Source of the DNA: Deltaproteobacteria bacterium
GTDB taxonomy: Bacteria > Myxococcota_A > UBA9160 > SMWR01
Assembly (NCBI GenBank): GCA_019310965.1
Contig: JAFDDG010000004.1
Span: 15,264-79,263 of the forward strand
Direction: 5' to 3'
DNA length: 64,000 nucleotides
Part shown: one piece after another, positions 27,192 through 35,972 of the stretch
How positions within the stretch are numbered: the first letter of the stretch is position 1
How the letters are laid out: the number at the start of each line of letters is the position of its first letter
The notes under the pieces: model-generated
Told to the model about the DNA's origin: nothing
The model's input: the letters and a program-made list of their open reading frames with translations, nothing else
The model's database searches: none
Translations under genes and position numbers: made by a program

Positions 27192-28238
27192 ATGAAGGGT
27201 TGGATCGTTCGCGGGACCGGAAACCCCTGGGACGTCTTCGAGTGGGACGAGGTACCCGAGCCGAGCCACGAAGCCATGCAGGGGCTCACCATCGACATCG
27301 CCGGCCTGCGCACGCGCGGCGAGGGCGAGCCGCCGTGTAGCTCGTACCTCTTCGTGCGGGTGCTGGCCGCGTCGCTCGCCACACCGGACGTGACGATGGC
27401 GACGGGCGAATACCCGGTGCCGATGGAGCGCCCCTACGTGTCGGGCCAGGAGGCGGTGGGCATCGTCGACGACACCTCGCCCGACCTGCGCGATTGGATG
27501 GGCAAGCGAGTGATGGGCTTCACGCCGCAGCCGTTCGGGAGCTTCGCACCGCGCGCGGTGATGTTCCCGCCGACGATCTACGAGGTTCCCGACGCGATGT
27601 CCGACGAGGAGGCCGCGGCGTTCGTGATTCCGTCGCACACGGCGTACCACGCGGTGCACCGCCGCGGCCAGGTGCAGCGCGGCGAAACCGTGTTGGTGCT
27701 GGGCGCGGCGGGCGGCGTTCCCTCCTCGGCCCTGCAGCTGTGCGTGGCGGCCGGCTGTCGCGTGGTCGCCGTCGCAGGGGGCGCCGACAAGGCTGCGTTC
27801 TGCCGCGAGCTCGGCGCCGAGGTGGTGATCGACCACCGGGAGGAGGACTTCGTCGAGGTCGTGCGGCAGACGCTGGGCCCGAACGCCATCGACGTCATCG
27901 TCGACTTCGTGCAGGGCGAACCCGGGCAGAGGGCGCGACCGCTACTCGCGGTGGAGGGCCGGCACGTGATGGCCGGGCACGCAGCGGGGCTACTGCCGGT
28001 CCATCCCAACGAGTTCTACCTGCAGAACTGGACGCTGGTCGGCGTATGCATGGGCTCGGGCTACGGCGCGCAGGCGCTGCAGCTCGAAGAGGACGCGCAC
28101 GCCGCGCTGCTCGAGCTGGTGGAGCGGGGCGCCTACCGCACGACGGTGACGCGGGTGGTACCGCTGCAAGAGGTGCCGGCGGCGCTCCGCGATATCGTCG
28201 AGCGCCGCAGCATCGGGCGCATCGTGGCATCGCTGTAA
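27192..28238 (+). CDS. Medium-chain dehydrogenase/reductase, quinone oxidoreductase-like
   Basis: GGAGGAGGG RBS before ATG 27192. Rossmann motif VLVLGAAGGVPSSALQL. No obvious Zn-ligand Cys cluster. Confidence 0.8.
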   Translation: MKGWIVRGTGNPWDVFEWDEVPEPSHEAMQGLTIDIAGLRTRGEGEPPCSSYLFVRVLAASLATPDVTMATGEYPVPMERPYVSGQEAVGIVDDTSPDLRDWMGKRVMGFTPQPFGSFAPRAVMFPPTIYEVPDAMSDEEAAAFVIPSHTAYHAVHRRGQVQRGETVLVLGAAGGVPSSALQLCVAAGCRVVAVAGGADKAAFCRELGAEVVIDHREEDFVEVVRQTLGPNAIDVIVDFVQGEPGQRARPLLAVEGRHVMAGHAAGLLPVHPNEFYLQNWTLVGVCMGSGYGAQALQLEEDAHAALLELVERGAYRTTVTRVVPLQEVPAALRDIVERRSIGRIVASL

Positions 28239-28252
28239 GAGGGGACCACGGG

Positions 28253-28337
28253 GGGGACGCCCTGGCTTTTACCTCTTGGCCCGACCAACAGTGAGTCGTG
28301 ACCGGTGCGTCGAAAAGGTAAAATCCAGGGCGTCCCC
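28253..28337. repeat. 85-nt inverted-repeat element between convergent genes
   Basis: Arm GGGGACGCCCTGGCTTTTACC (28253-28273) pairs with GGTAAAATCCAGGGCGTCCCC (28317-28337) at 20 of 21 positions. The spacer is 43 nt. Confidence 0.6.
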
Positions 28338-28348
28338 GATGCCTGGCG

Positions 28349-28822
28349 TCAGAGCGCGGTGAGAATCGCCTCGGCGCTGCTCACCTCGAACTTCATCGGC
28401 GCCTCGACCGCGAGCTTGCTGACGACGCCGTTCTCGACGATCGCGGCGAAGCGTTGGCAACGCAGGCCGAAGCCGATGCCCGAGCCGTCGAAGTCGAGGC
28501 CGAGTGCCTTCGACAGGTCGCCATTGCCGTCGGCGATCATGCGCACCTTGTCACCCGCACCGTGCTCCTTGCCCCAGGCGTCCATCACGAATGCGTCGTT
28601 GACCGAGATGCAGATGATGTCGTCGACACCCTTTGCACGAATCTCAGCGGCCTGCGCGATGAAGCCCGGCAGGTGCTGGTTCGAGCAGGTCGGTGTGAAC
28701 GCTCCGGGGACCGCAAAGAGCACGACCTTCTTGCCCCCGAAGAGCTCGTCGGTCGTGATATCCGACATATCGGTCGCCTTGACCTTGACGGAGGGAATCT
28801 TGTCGCCTTCCTGGATCGCCAT
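28349..28822 (-). CDS. Prx5-type (glutathione/glutaredoxin-dependent-like) peroxiredoxin
   Basis: 157 aa. Peroxidatic Cys context VPGAFTPTCS; also ICISVNDAFVMDAWG. Confidence 0.88.
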   Translation of the reverse strand: MAIQEGDKIPSVKVKATDMSDITTDELFGGKKVVLFAVPGAFTPTCSNQHLPGFIAQAAEIRAKGVDDIICISVNDAFVMDAWGKEHGAGDKVRMIADGNGDLSKALGLDFDGSGIGFGLRCQRFAAIVENGVVSKLAVEAPMKFEVSSAEAILTAL

Positions 28823-28923
28823 TCGATGGCTCCTTTCCTTTGTCGAGTCGAAACCTTGCTGAATCGAATCGGGTTGTCGAGAAACGCCTGCCGCGCCGAC
28901 CCCGCGTGACGGTGCGGCAAGTC

Positions 28924-29502
28924 CTAGCCACTCAGATCCGCCGACAGCGAAGCACGCGCCTCGCCGTCGATCGGCGTCTTGCCCGCATAGTTCGGATGGT
29001 CGACACGAAGCTCGACGGGCACGCTCGCATCGCGGAACTTCGCGGCGAGCTCCGGACCGAGCGGAAAGCGGATGTACTGTACCGCCGAGATGCGATCTGC
29101 CTCGAATTGCTTCTCGTCGAAGGTCGCCTGGACCGTGGCTTCTCCGACGTCGAGAAAGACGTGCTCGTCGATCCCGACCAGCCGGTCGAGCTGCCGGCGG
29201 ATCTGCGCCTGGTCCGGGATCTGGATCATCAGCGTGGCCGAGAGCTCGTCGTCGCCCGGAACGAGGTCGTTGTAGACGGCGACCTCCGCCGCGATCGCCC
29301 CGTCCGAAACCGTACGCTCTACCCGCGTCATCTCCTGGATCTGGAAGATCACGGTGTCGCGATTCTCGAAGAGGAAGCAGAGGGCATCGCCGACGCTGAT
29401 GCGCCGCGGCCGCTTCAGAGCGATCGTCTGCTCGAGAAACTCCGCCCGGATCTTCTCGTAGGACGTCAGGTCGAGAATCTCGCTCGCGTCGACCTTTCGC
29501 AT
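28924..29502 (-). CDS. DUF3501-family protein (function unknown)
   Basis: 192 aa. [22 protein letters not shown] resembles DUF3501 as I recall it, and the family is typically next to CCG Fe-S and rubrerythrin genes. Confidence 0.6.
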   Translation of the reverse strand: MRKVDASEILDLTSYEKIRAEFLEQTIALKRPRRISVGDALCFLFENRDTVIFQIQEMTRVERTVSDGAIAAEVAVYNDLVPGDDELSATLMIQIPDQAQIRRQLDRLVGIDEHVFLDVGEATVQATFDEKQFEADRISAVQYIRFPLGPELAAKFRDASVPVELRVDHPNYAGKTPIDGEARASLSADLSG

Positions 29503-29545
29503 ATCTCTCTCCTTGCGCGCGCGCCAGCGCGATCAGACCGACGGG

Positions 29546-30811
29546 TCAGTCATCGAACCCGTAGGCGTCCCGAAGCAGCACGATCGGGTGCACGGCATCT
29601 CGCCCCGTCCGCTCCTTGATCCGCAGCGCCGCCAGCGGACAGTCCGTGGCGACGTGATCCGGCTCCGCCTTCTCGATCGAATCCATCAGGTCCGCACAGA
29701 CCCCGAGGCTCGCATCGTAGTGGCACGCCTTCATGCCCCAGGTGCCGTCGACGCCGGAGCAGGCGTCCAGCATCACGACCTCGTCCGCAACGAGGCCGAG
29801 GATCTGCTTCGACCGAAATCCGATGTTCTGGGCCTTGAGATGACAGGGAAGGTGATAGGCAACACGGCCCAGCTTGCGTTTGAATTCGCGATCGAGCTGC
29901 TTCGCCGCCGCGAGCTTGAAGACGTACTCACCGAGATCGAGGGTGTTTTCGGCAACGAGCCGGGCGTCCTCGCTGTTCAGCAGATCGGGATACTCCCGCT
30001 TCAGTTGATAGGAGCACGTCGGCCCCGGAACGACCACCTGCACTCCCTGCCGAACGCGAGGCGCGAGGCCGGCGACCACCTTCTCTGCATTCCGGCGCGC
30101 GCTCCCGAGGTCGCCTCCGTGGAGAAAGGGCGCCCCACAGCAGGCGTCGTAGCCAGCCTCGACGTGGAACCCGTTGTGTTCGAGGACCTCGACGGCAGCC
30201 ATGGCCGTGCGTGCCTCGCTGTATTCGACGAAACAAGTGCTGAAGAGGATCACGCGCCCGGCCTGTTGGCGCGCACCGTCCCGGGCCGCGCTGCGCTGCG
30301 CGAGCAGCTTCGAGAAAGGCTGTTTCTCGTAGGTCGGCATGATCCAGCGGCGGTCGATGCCCGTCGCTTTCTCCATCAGCAGGCGCACCGCCCGGTTCTT
30401 GAAGGCCGCATTCGTAAGCGAGGCCGTCATGCACGACGCCTTGCCCATCAGATCCTGCTGGGAGCCGATCCTTTCCGCGAACGGGATCCCCTCCTCCTGC
30501 GCCTGCACGAGCTTCGCGCGAGTCATCAGCTTCGGGAAGTCGATCTCCCACTCGTGGGGCGGGTGATAGGGGCAGTGGTTGTAGCAGAGCTTGCACTGGA
30601 AACAGCGGTCGATCACGTCGCGCGTCTCAGCGCTGGTCAGCAGAGAAGCTTCTTGTTCGTGGCGGTCGATCGCCTCGAAGAGCGCCGGGAACGACGGGCA
30701 CAGCGGCAGGCAGCGGCGGCAGTCGTGACACTTCTCGAAGACGCGGGTCAGCTCCGCGTCGAGAGCCGCGCGCTCGAGAAACTCTGCATTCGTCAGGCTG
30801 GCGTTGTTCAA
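29546..30811 (-). CDS. Fe-S oxidoreductase with two [4Fe-4S] motifs and two CCG domains (HdrD/GlpC/LutA-like)
   Basis: [12 protein letters not shown] and [13 protein letters not shown], with CCG-type motifs ([25 protein letters not shown]). The start is unclear: TTG 30811 is the first candidate downstream of the rubrerythrin stop and has no strong RBS. Confidence 0.75.
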   Translation of the reverse strand: MNNASLTNAEFLERAALDAELTRVFEKCHDCRRCLPLCPSFPALFEAIDRHEQEASLLTSAETRDVIDRCFQCKLCYNHCPYHPPHEWEIDFPKLMTRAKLVQAQEEGIPFAERIGSQQDLMGKASCMTASLTNAAFKNRAVRLLMEKATGIDRRWIMPTYEKQPFSKLLAQRSAARDGARQQAGRVILFSTCFVEYSEARTAMAAVEVLEHNGFHVEAGYDACCGAPFLHGGDLGSARRNAEKVVAGLAPRVRQGVQVVVPGPTCSYQLKREYPDLLNSEDARLVAENTLDLGEYVFKLAAAKQLDREFKRKLGRVAYHLPCHLKAQNIGFRSKQILGLVADEVVMLDACSGVDGTWGMKACHYDASLGVCADLMDSIEKAEPDHVATDCPLAALRIKERTGRDAVHPIVLLRDAYGFDD

Positions 30812-30870
30812 AGTCGGCTTGCAGGACCGGCCGCGCCCGACGGGGTTCGCCCCCGCCGGGCGACCCGTGT

Positions 30871-31296
30871 CTACAGCTTCTCCAGACCGTCGAGCGCCTT
30901 CTGGAAGCGCCCGGCGTGGGATTTTTCTGCCTTCGCGAGCGTCTCGAACCACTCGGCAACGTCGCCAAAGCCTTCGTCGCGCGCCGTCTTCGCCATCCCC
31001 GGATACATCTCCGTGTATTCGAAGGTCTCGCCCGCAACCGCAGCCCCGAGGTTCTGCTCCGTGCTGCCGATCGGCTTGCCCGTCGCCGGATCGCCGCACT
31101 GCTTCATATGATCGAGGTGGCCGTGGGCATGACCCGTCTCCGCCTGCGCGGTGTCCCGAAACAGACCGCCGACGTCGGGGTAACCCTCGATGTCCGCCTG
31201 CTTCGCGAAGTAGAGATAGCGTCGGTTGGCCTGCGATTCGCCGGCAAAGGCATCCTTCAGATTCTGGTGCGTCTGGGTTCCGTTGAGATTGCCCAT
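30871..31296 (-). CDS. Rubrerythrin-family diiron protein without a rubredoxin domain (erythrin-type)
   Basis: AAGGAGGA RBS. 141 aa. Ferritin-like ligand motifs [30 protein letters not shown] and AEKSHAGRF. No CxxC pairs. Confidence 0.85.
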   Translation of the reverse strand: MGNLNGTQTHQNLKDAFAGESQANRRYLYFAKQADIEGYPDVGGLFRDTAQAETGHAHGHLDHMKQCGDPATGKPIGSTEQNLGAAVAGETFEYTEMYPGMAKTARDEGFGDVAEWFETLAKAEKSHAGRFQKALDGLEKL

Positions 31297-31312
31297 TTCG
31301 TTTCCTCCTTGT

Positions 31313-31798
31313 TCATGTCGATGGTTGAGAAATCGTCGAAGCGTCCGGCGCGGCTTCACACGCAGCACACAGCCCGAAGAAAGAAATCCGCACCCGGCGG
31401 GCTCGCAGTCCGTGCGAGCCGACGAGGCGCTTCGCAAGACCGCGGGGGACCGGAATCTCCACGTCGAGAATCTGCCCGCAGCGCTCGCAATTGAAGTGAT
31501 GATGCGGGGAGACGTTTCCGTCGTAGCGCGCCGCATCTTGGAAAGACGACACCTCGTCGACCGAGCCCTCCGCCACCAGGATCTCGAGATTGCGATACAC
31601 CGTGCCGAGTGAGAGCGCGGGCATCTCGGGCAGCAGGGCCTCGTGGATCTGGGCGGCGGTGGGGTGCCGATCCGTCGAGCAGAGCCACTCGAGGATGCGC
31701 TCCCGCTGACGGGAGCGGTGGCGTCGCGGAGACGGCGCAAGATCCGGGGGGCTTGCCTTCACACGCGCAGCATACGTCCGCCGTCGACGACGGAGCAA
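31313..31798 (-). CDS. Fur-family transcriptional regulator, PerR-like
   Basis: HTH region RHPTAAQIHEAL...LGTVYRNLE, metal sites HHHFNCERCG and LCAAC. 16 nt upstream of the rubrerythrin gene. Start uncertain (TTG 31798 or GTG 31762). Confidence 0.8.
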   Translation of the reverse strand: MLRRRRRTYAARVKASPPDLAPSPRRHRSRQRERILEWLCSTDRHPTAAQIHEALLPEMPALSLGTVYRNLEILVAEGSVDEVSSFQDAARYDGNVSPHHHFNCERCGQILDVEIPVPRGLAKRLVGSHGLRARRVRISFFGLCAACEAAPDASTISQPST

Positions 31799-31897
31799 GA
31801 GAAAAGCAAGAATCCTTCCTGTTTTGTGTGCGAGGCGACACGTCGCAGGCGCCGCGAAGCTCGTCGACGGGCAGCCCGCCTCGCTCTGCTTGCCGAA

Positions 31898-32308
31898 TCA
31901 ACCGAGCAGCTGCACGTGGATGCGCCGCGAGCGCGGACCGTCGAACTCCATCAGGATGATGCGCTGCCAGGTGCCGAGCACCAGGTCTCCGTCGCGAACG
32001 GGCAGGCTCTCCGAGGGTCCCAGGATCGCGGCCTTGATGTGCGAGTGGGCGTTGTCGTCGATGCGATCGTGCAGCCAACCCGCGTGGTCCGGCACGGCGC
32101 GGTCGAGTGCCTTCTGGATGTCTGTGCCGATGCTGGGGTCGTCGGTCTCGTTGACGACGATGGCTGCGGTCGAGTGCAACACCATCACGTGACACAGGCC
32201 GGACGTCTTGCCCGCCGCTCGGACCACCTCGCGCACGAGCTCCGTGATGTCGTGGCTCTGCTTCGGCGCACTCGTCTCGACCGAGAAGCTCTGGCTGTCG
32301 CCGCTCAT
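31898..32308 (-). CDS. YjbQ/UPF0047 family protein (secondary thiamine-phosphate synthase-like)
   Basis: 137 aa from ATG 32308. Reads GLCHVMVLHSTAAIVVNE..D...D and DDNAHSHIKAAILGPS. Confidence 0.75.
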   Translation of the reverse strand: MSGDSQSFSVETSAPKQSHDITELVREVVRAAGKTSGLCHVMVLHSTAAIVVNETDDPSIGTDIQKALDRAVPDHAGWLHDRIDDNAHSHIKAAILGPSESLPVRDGDLVLGTWQRIILMEFDGPRSRRIHVQLLG

Positions 32309-32853
32309 GCGCCACTCAACCCCGGCAAGCCGTCGATGCTGCTGGCGTTGTTCTCGGCCTTGTAGCGCTCGATGCCGTCTTGCCCCTTGCGCTCCGCCCA
32401 CTTGGGCAGCTGATCGCGCTCGCCTTCGTAGCGGTACAGCGGCACGCCAAAACCGCAGGAATCCGAGATGCGATCGAGATGCGCGCGCACGACGCAGCGG
32501 GGCGCGCCGTGAACCGGGAACCTCGCGAGAAGCTCCTCCCAATCGGGGTCGCCGGGCTCGACCGCCTCAGCCCGGCCGTGAAGGCGCAGAATGCGCGGCG
32601 GCCCCTCGAAGGTGCAGAACATGATCACGATGCGTCCGTCGTCGCGCAGATGCGCAGCCGTCTCGATGCCGCTGCCCACGAGATCGAGGTAGGCCACCGT
32701 CGTGCCGTCGAGAATCTCGAAGCTGTCGAGCCCCTTGGGCGACAGATTCACGTGCCCGTCACCGCCGCTCGGCGCCGTGGCGACGAAGAAGACGTGCTGC
32801 GCGCGGATGAACTCGGCATTGCGTTCGTCGATCTCGGAGAAGAGCTTGCCCAC
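32305..32853 (-). CDS. Pyridoxamine 5'-phosphate oxidase-family flavoprotein
   Basis: 182 aa. FFVATAPSGGDGHVNLSPKG split-barrel signature. ATGA overlap with the downstream yjbQ-like gene. Confidence 0.7.
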   Translation of the reverse strand: MGKLFSEIDERNAEFIRAQHVFFVATAPSGGDGHVNLSPKGLDSFEILDGTTVAYLDLVGSGIETAAHLRDDGRIVIMFCTFEGPPRILRLHGRAEAVEPGDPDWEELLARFPVHGAPRCVVRAHLDRISDSCGFGVPLYRYEGERDQLPKWAERKGQDGIERYKAENNASSIDGLPGLSGA

Positions 32854-32900
32854 GCGATGGCCTCCCTGCGGCGCGGAGACGACAGCCTACCCAACGCCGG

Positions 32901-33605
32901 TCAATCAGGCTCTCGGCGCAGAAGATCTTCGACCACGGCCTCGCGCTCTTCCGGAGACAGCTCGCGCAAACGCTCCCAGGCGGCGCGGATCTTGCGCTGG
33001 CGTTCCGGCGGCAGATCGCGAAAGCGCGCGGCGTTCGCGCGAATGCGTGCGCGCTCGGCGTCGTCGTAGGAGCGCAGCCGAGCGAAGTTGTCGCGCAGCT
33101 CGGCCCTCTCGTCGTCTGGCAGGTGCCGGAAGCGCGAGATGCGCTCGATCAGCTCGCCGCGCTCGTCCTGCGGCAGGCTGGCCAGGTGCCGGCGCATGGC
33201 GCGGCGCTCCGGTTCGGAGAGGCCCGACCAGCGACGCCGAAGCCGACGCTTCTGGTCGGGCGGCAGTGAATCGATCTGTCGCTCGACATCGCGCCGCTCC
33301 TGGCGCAGCTCGTCGGTCCGCCGCCCACGCTCCCGCAGCCGGTCCCGGGCTGCCTTCTGGCGCGCGCGCTGCAGCCGCTCGCGCATCGCGCGACGTTCGG
33401 CAGGCGCCGCCCGCTCGAGCCGCCTGCGCACATCGCGTTCGATCCCGCGGCGCTCTTCGGGGCCTGCATCGCGCCGGCGCTCGCGAAGCTGCTGCTGGCG
33501 TTCGCGCCGCTGAGGGCGATCGCCGGCGTCGTCCGCCAGCGCGAGGCCGGGCCCCGCACAGAGCGCGGCGAGCAACCCCAGACACGCGAGCTGGCGACCG
33601 CGCAT
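32901..33605 (-). CDS. DUF3106-like secreted Arg/Glu-rich repeat protein
   Basis: Signal peptide followed by repeated units (RRWSGLSEPERRAMRRHL, RFRHLPDDERAELRDNF, RFRDLPPERQRKIRAAW, LRELSPEEREAV). Confidence 0.65.
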   Translation of the reverse strand: MRGRQLACLGLLAALCAGPGLALADDAGDRPQRRERQQQLRERRRDAGPEERRGIERDVRRRLERAAPAERRAMRERLQRARQKAARDRLRERGRRTDELRQERRDVERQIDSLPPDQKRRLRRRWSGLSEPERRAMRRHLASLPQDERGELIERISRFRHLPDDERAELRDNFARLRSYDDAERARIRANAARFRDLPPERQRKIRAAWERLRELSPEEREAVVEDLLRREPD

Positions 33606-34339
33606 CACGCGCCGTCCGCCACGCCGAGATCGACCAGCACCTCGAGAAGATCGAGGTGCTCGACGAGATCCAGATCTTCCACGGCCTCGAGCTCGAGCAC
33701 CAGTGCCACGTCCTCGTCGGGCAGTGCGTCGAGCCCGGCCAGCTGCGTCGCCGGCTCGAGCGCAGGCTCCACCTCGATCAGCGCGGGCTCCGGGGCCAGC
33801 TGCCTTGCGATCACCTCGGGCACGGGATCGGGCGACTCGGCGACGCCGTCCGGCTCGGGCCCGGGCGCCTCGGCGATGACGGCCTGTGCCGACTCCGGCG
33901 CCTCGGATCGAGCCGCCGGCGCGGGCGTGTCTTCTCGCGCGATCGGAACGCCCGGCTCGGAGGCATCGCGCGGCAGTCCTTGGAGCACCGCCAGCATCAC
34001 CGCGGCAGCCACCGCGATACCGCCCGCAATGCCGAGCGCCGTGCCGCGTCGCCGCATCCGCGGTGGCGCGGTGCGCGCGCGATGCCGTGGCGTCGCCGCC
34101 GGCCCCACCTCCGCCAGGCGTGCCCTCAGACGCACGTCGAGATCGTCCGCGACCGCCGGTGCGGAGAGCCCCGCCAGCACCAGATCGACGTTGCAGAGCT
34201 CCCGCAGGCGCTGCGCGCAGTCCTCGCAGGCATCGACGTGCGCTCGCACCTCGACTTCTCGCGCGGCGTCGAGCTCCTCGTCGATCAGTGCGGAGAGATC
34301 CCCAGCAACAACCAGACATCCAGTCGGGGTTTCCGGCAC
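33605..34339 (-). CDS. Anti-sigma factor (zf-HC2 type), single-pass membrane protein
   Basis: HVDACEDCAQRL HxxxCxxC motif and TM helix LGIAGGIAVAAAVMLAVL. Lies directly after the ECF sigma gene. 1-nt stop/start overlap with the next gene. Confidence 0.8.
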   Translation of the reverse strand: MPETPTGCLVVAGDLSALIDEELDAAREVEVRAHVDACEDCAQRLRELCNVDLVLAGLSAPAVADDLDVRLRARLAEVGPAATPRHRARTAPPRMRRRGTALGIAGGIAVAAAVMLAVLQGLPRDASEPGVPIAREDTPAPAARSEAPESAQAVIAEAPGPEPDGVAESPDPVPEVIARQLAPEPALIEVEPALEPATQLAGLDALPDEDVALVLELEAVEDLDLVEHLDLLEVLVDLGVADGA

Positions 34340-34341
34340 GT

Positions 34342-34899
34342 CTATTCCTCCTCACGCAGCCGCGCCGCCAGGCTGCTGCGGGCACGATGCACCAACGATT
34401 TCACCGCCTTCTCGGTCACCTCGAGGGCCTCGGCCACCTCCGCATAGGAGAGGCCTTCCACGGCTGTGAGACACAGCGCGGCCCTCTGCTTCTCTGGCAG
34501 CTCGAGCAACGCGCGCTCCGCAGCGGCGCCCAGTCGCCGAGCATCCACCAGGTCCTCGGTACTCGCCGCGCGATCCGGCAGCGGCGCAGCGCCATCCTCG
34601 TCGGTGCTGCGGTGCACGCTGCGGTGCCGCGGCCGGCGCAGCTCGTTGAGCGCGAGATTCGTCGCGATCCGATAGAGCCAGGTCGAAAAGCGGGCATCCG
34701 GCGAATAGCGTTCGCGCGCACGATGGACACGGATGAAGACCTCCTGGACGAGCTCCTCGGCCGTGGCGAGGTCTCGCACCATGCGATCTATGTAACGCAG
34801 GAGCGGCCCGGACCAGCGCCGAAAGAGCTGGTCGAAGGCGGCGACGTCCCCCGAGCGAAACGCCAGCATCAGGGCGACATCTTCGTCGAGTGAGTGCAC
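34342..34899 (-). CDS. ECF (group 4) RNA polymerase sigma-70 factor
   Basis: GGAGG RBS before GTG 34899. Region 2 EELVQEVFIRVHRARERY..FSTWLYRIATN. Region 4 LSYAEVAEALEVTEKAVKSLVHRAR. Confidence 0.88.
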   Translation of the reverse strand: MHSLDEDVALMLAFRSGDVAAFDQLFRRWSGPLLRYIDRMVRDLATAEELVQEVFIRVHRARERYSPDARFSTWLYRIATNLALNELRRPRHRSVHRSTDEDGAAPLPDRAASTEDLVDARRLGAAAERALLELPEKQRAALCLTAVEGLSYAEVAEALEVTEKAVKSLVHRARSSLAARLREEE

Positions 34900-34979
34900 C
34901 GCTGCCTCCGCCGCTTCTGATAACCCACCAGAGGGAGGAGAGTTTCGCCCCCCCGTGGGGGCTGCATCTCCGCGGCGAG

Positions 34980-35804
34980 TCACGCGGACCCGGCCGTCAG
35001 CCCGTCCAGGAAGCCAAGCAGCGCCGCGTCGAAGGCCGCCGGTTCGTCGAGATTCAGGATGTGCCCGGCGCCGGACAGCGTGGCCGAACGGGCGTCCGGC
35101 AGCTTGGCCACCATCACCGCGCAAGCCCGGGCATAGGCCTCGTCGCGCTCCCCGCGGATCACCAGGGCGGGCACGCGGATCCCAGCCAGCTCGTCGATCA
35201 CCGGAAGCGCGGGACCGGCGACCTGCCGTCCGAAGAGAGCGAGCCCACGCACAGCCTGCGCGGAGATGGCTCGCGTCGCCGCCCGGGCAGCGGGGCGCTC
35301 GGGGTGCAGGCCCACGGTCATGTCGGCGGCGCGCTGTGCGAACACCTCGACACCCTTCGCTTCGAGAAACGAGGCAGTGCGATCACACGATGTCTGCCAG
35401 CGCTCTCGAGCCTCGGGGTTCTTGAAGCCCGGGCCGGAGCCCGCCAGCACCAGCGCGCGCACCCGCGGGGGCTGCGCCAGCGCGAAGTGCAGCGATGCGA
35501 GCCCGCCGAACGAGAGCCCGACGAGCACGGCCGGCTCATCCGGCGCCGCCCAGTCGAGTACCCGGCCGAGATCATCGACCACCTGCGACATCGAGTACGC
35601 CGCCGCGTCGTCCGGAACACCCGAGCGCCCGTGCCCGCGGTAGTCCCAGAGCACCACGCGACGCCCCGCCGCGACGAACGGCTCCACCTGAGGCCGCCAG
35701 TTCTCACAGGTCGTGTTCAACGCACAGCAGAAGAGGACCGGCGTTCCGCCGCCGTGGGTCTCCGCGTAGAGCGCGATGCCGTCACTCGCCTCGACCTGCG
35801 CCAT
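34980..35804 (-). CDS. Alpha/beta-fold hydrolase
   Basis: HGRS oxyanion region WDYRGHGRS and nucleophile elbow GLSFGG. Start at ATG 35804 (MAQVEASDG...); GTG 35822 is also possible. Confidence 0.8.
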   Translation of the reverse strand: MAQVEASDGIALYAETHGGGTPVLFCCALNTTCENWRPQVEPFVAAGRRVVLWDYRGHGRSGVPDDAAAYSMSQVVDDLGRVLDWAAPDEPAVLVGLSFGGLASLHFALAQPPRVRALVLAGSGPGFKNPEARERWQTSCDRTASFLEAKGVEVFAQRAADMTVGLHPERPAARAATRAISAQAVRGLALFGRQVAGPALPVIDELAGIRVPALVIRGERDEAYARACAVMVAKLPDARSATLSGAGHILNLDEPAAFDAALLGFLDGLTAGSA

Positions 35805-35972
35805 CAGGCGTCTTCGAGCCACGGGCGCAGGGCGCGAGCCAGCCGATCCTGCATCGCATCGTCGGAGCTGCGCCGACGCACCGCATCGGAAGCCCGATCG
35901 ACCACGAACTCCTTCTCGAAGTGCATCGCGAACCCTCCCGGCTCCTAGGCTAACATCGAAGAACCGATTCCG

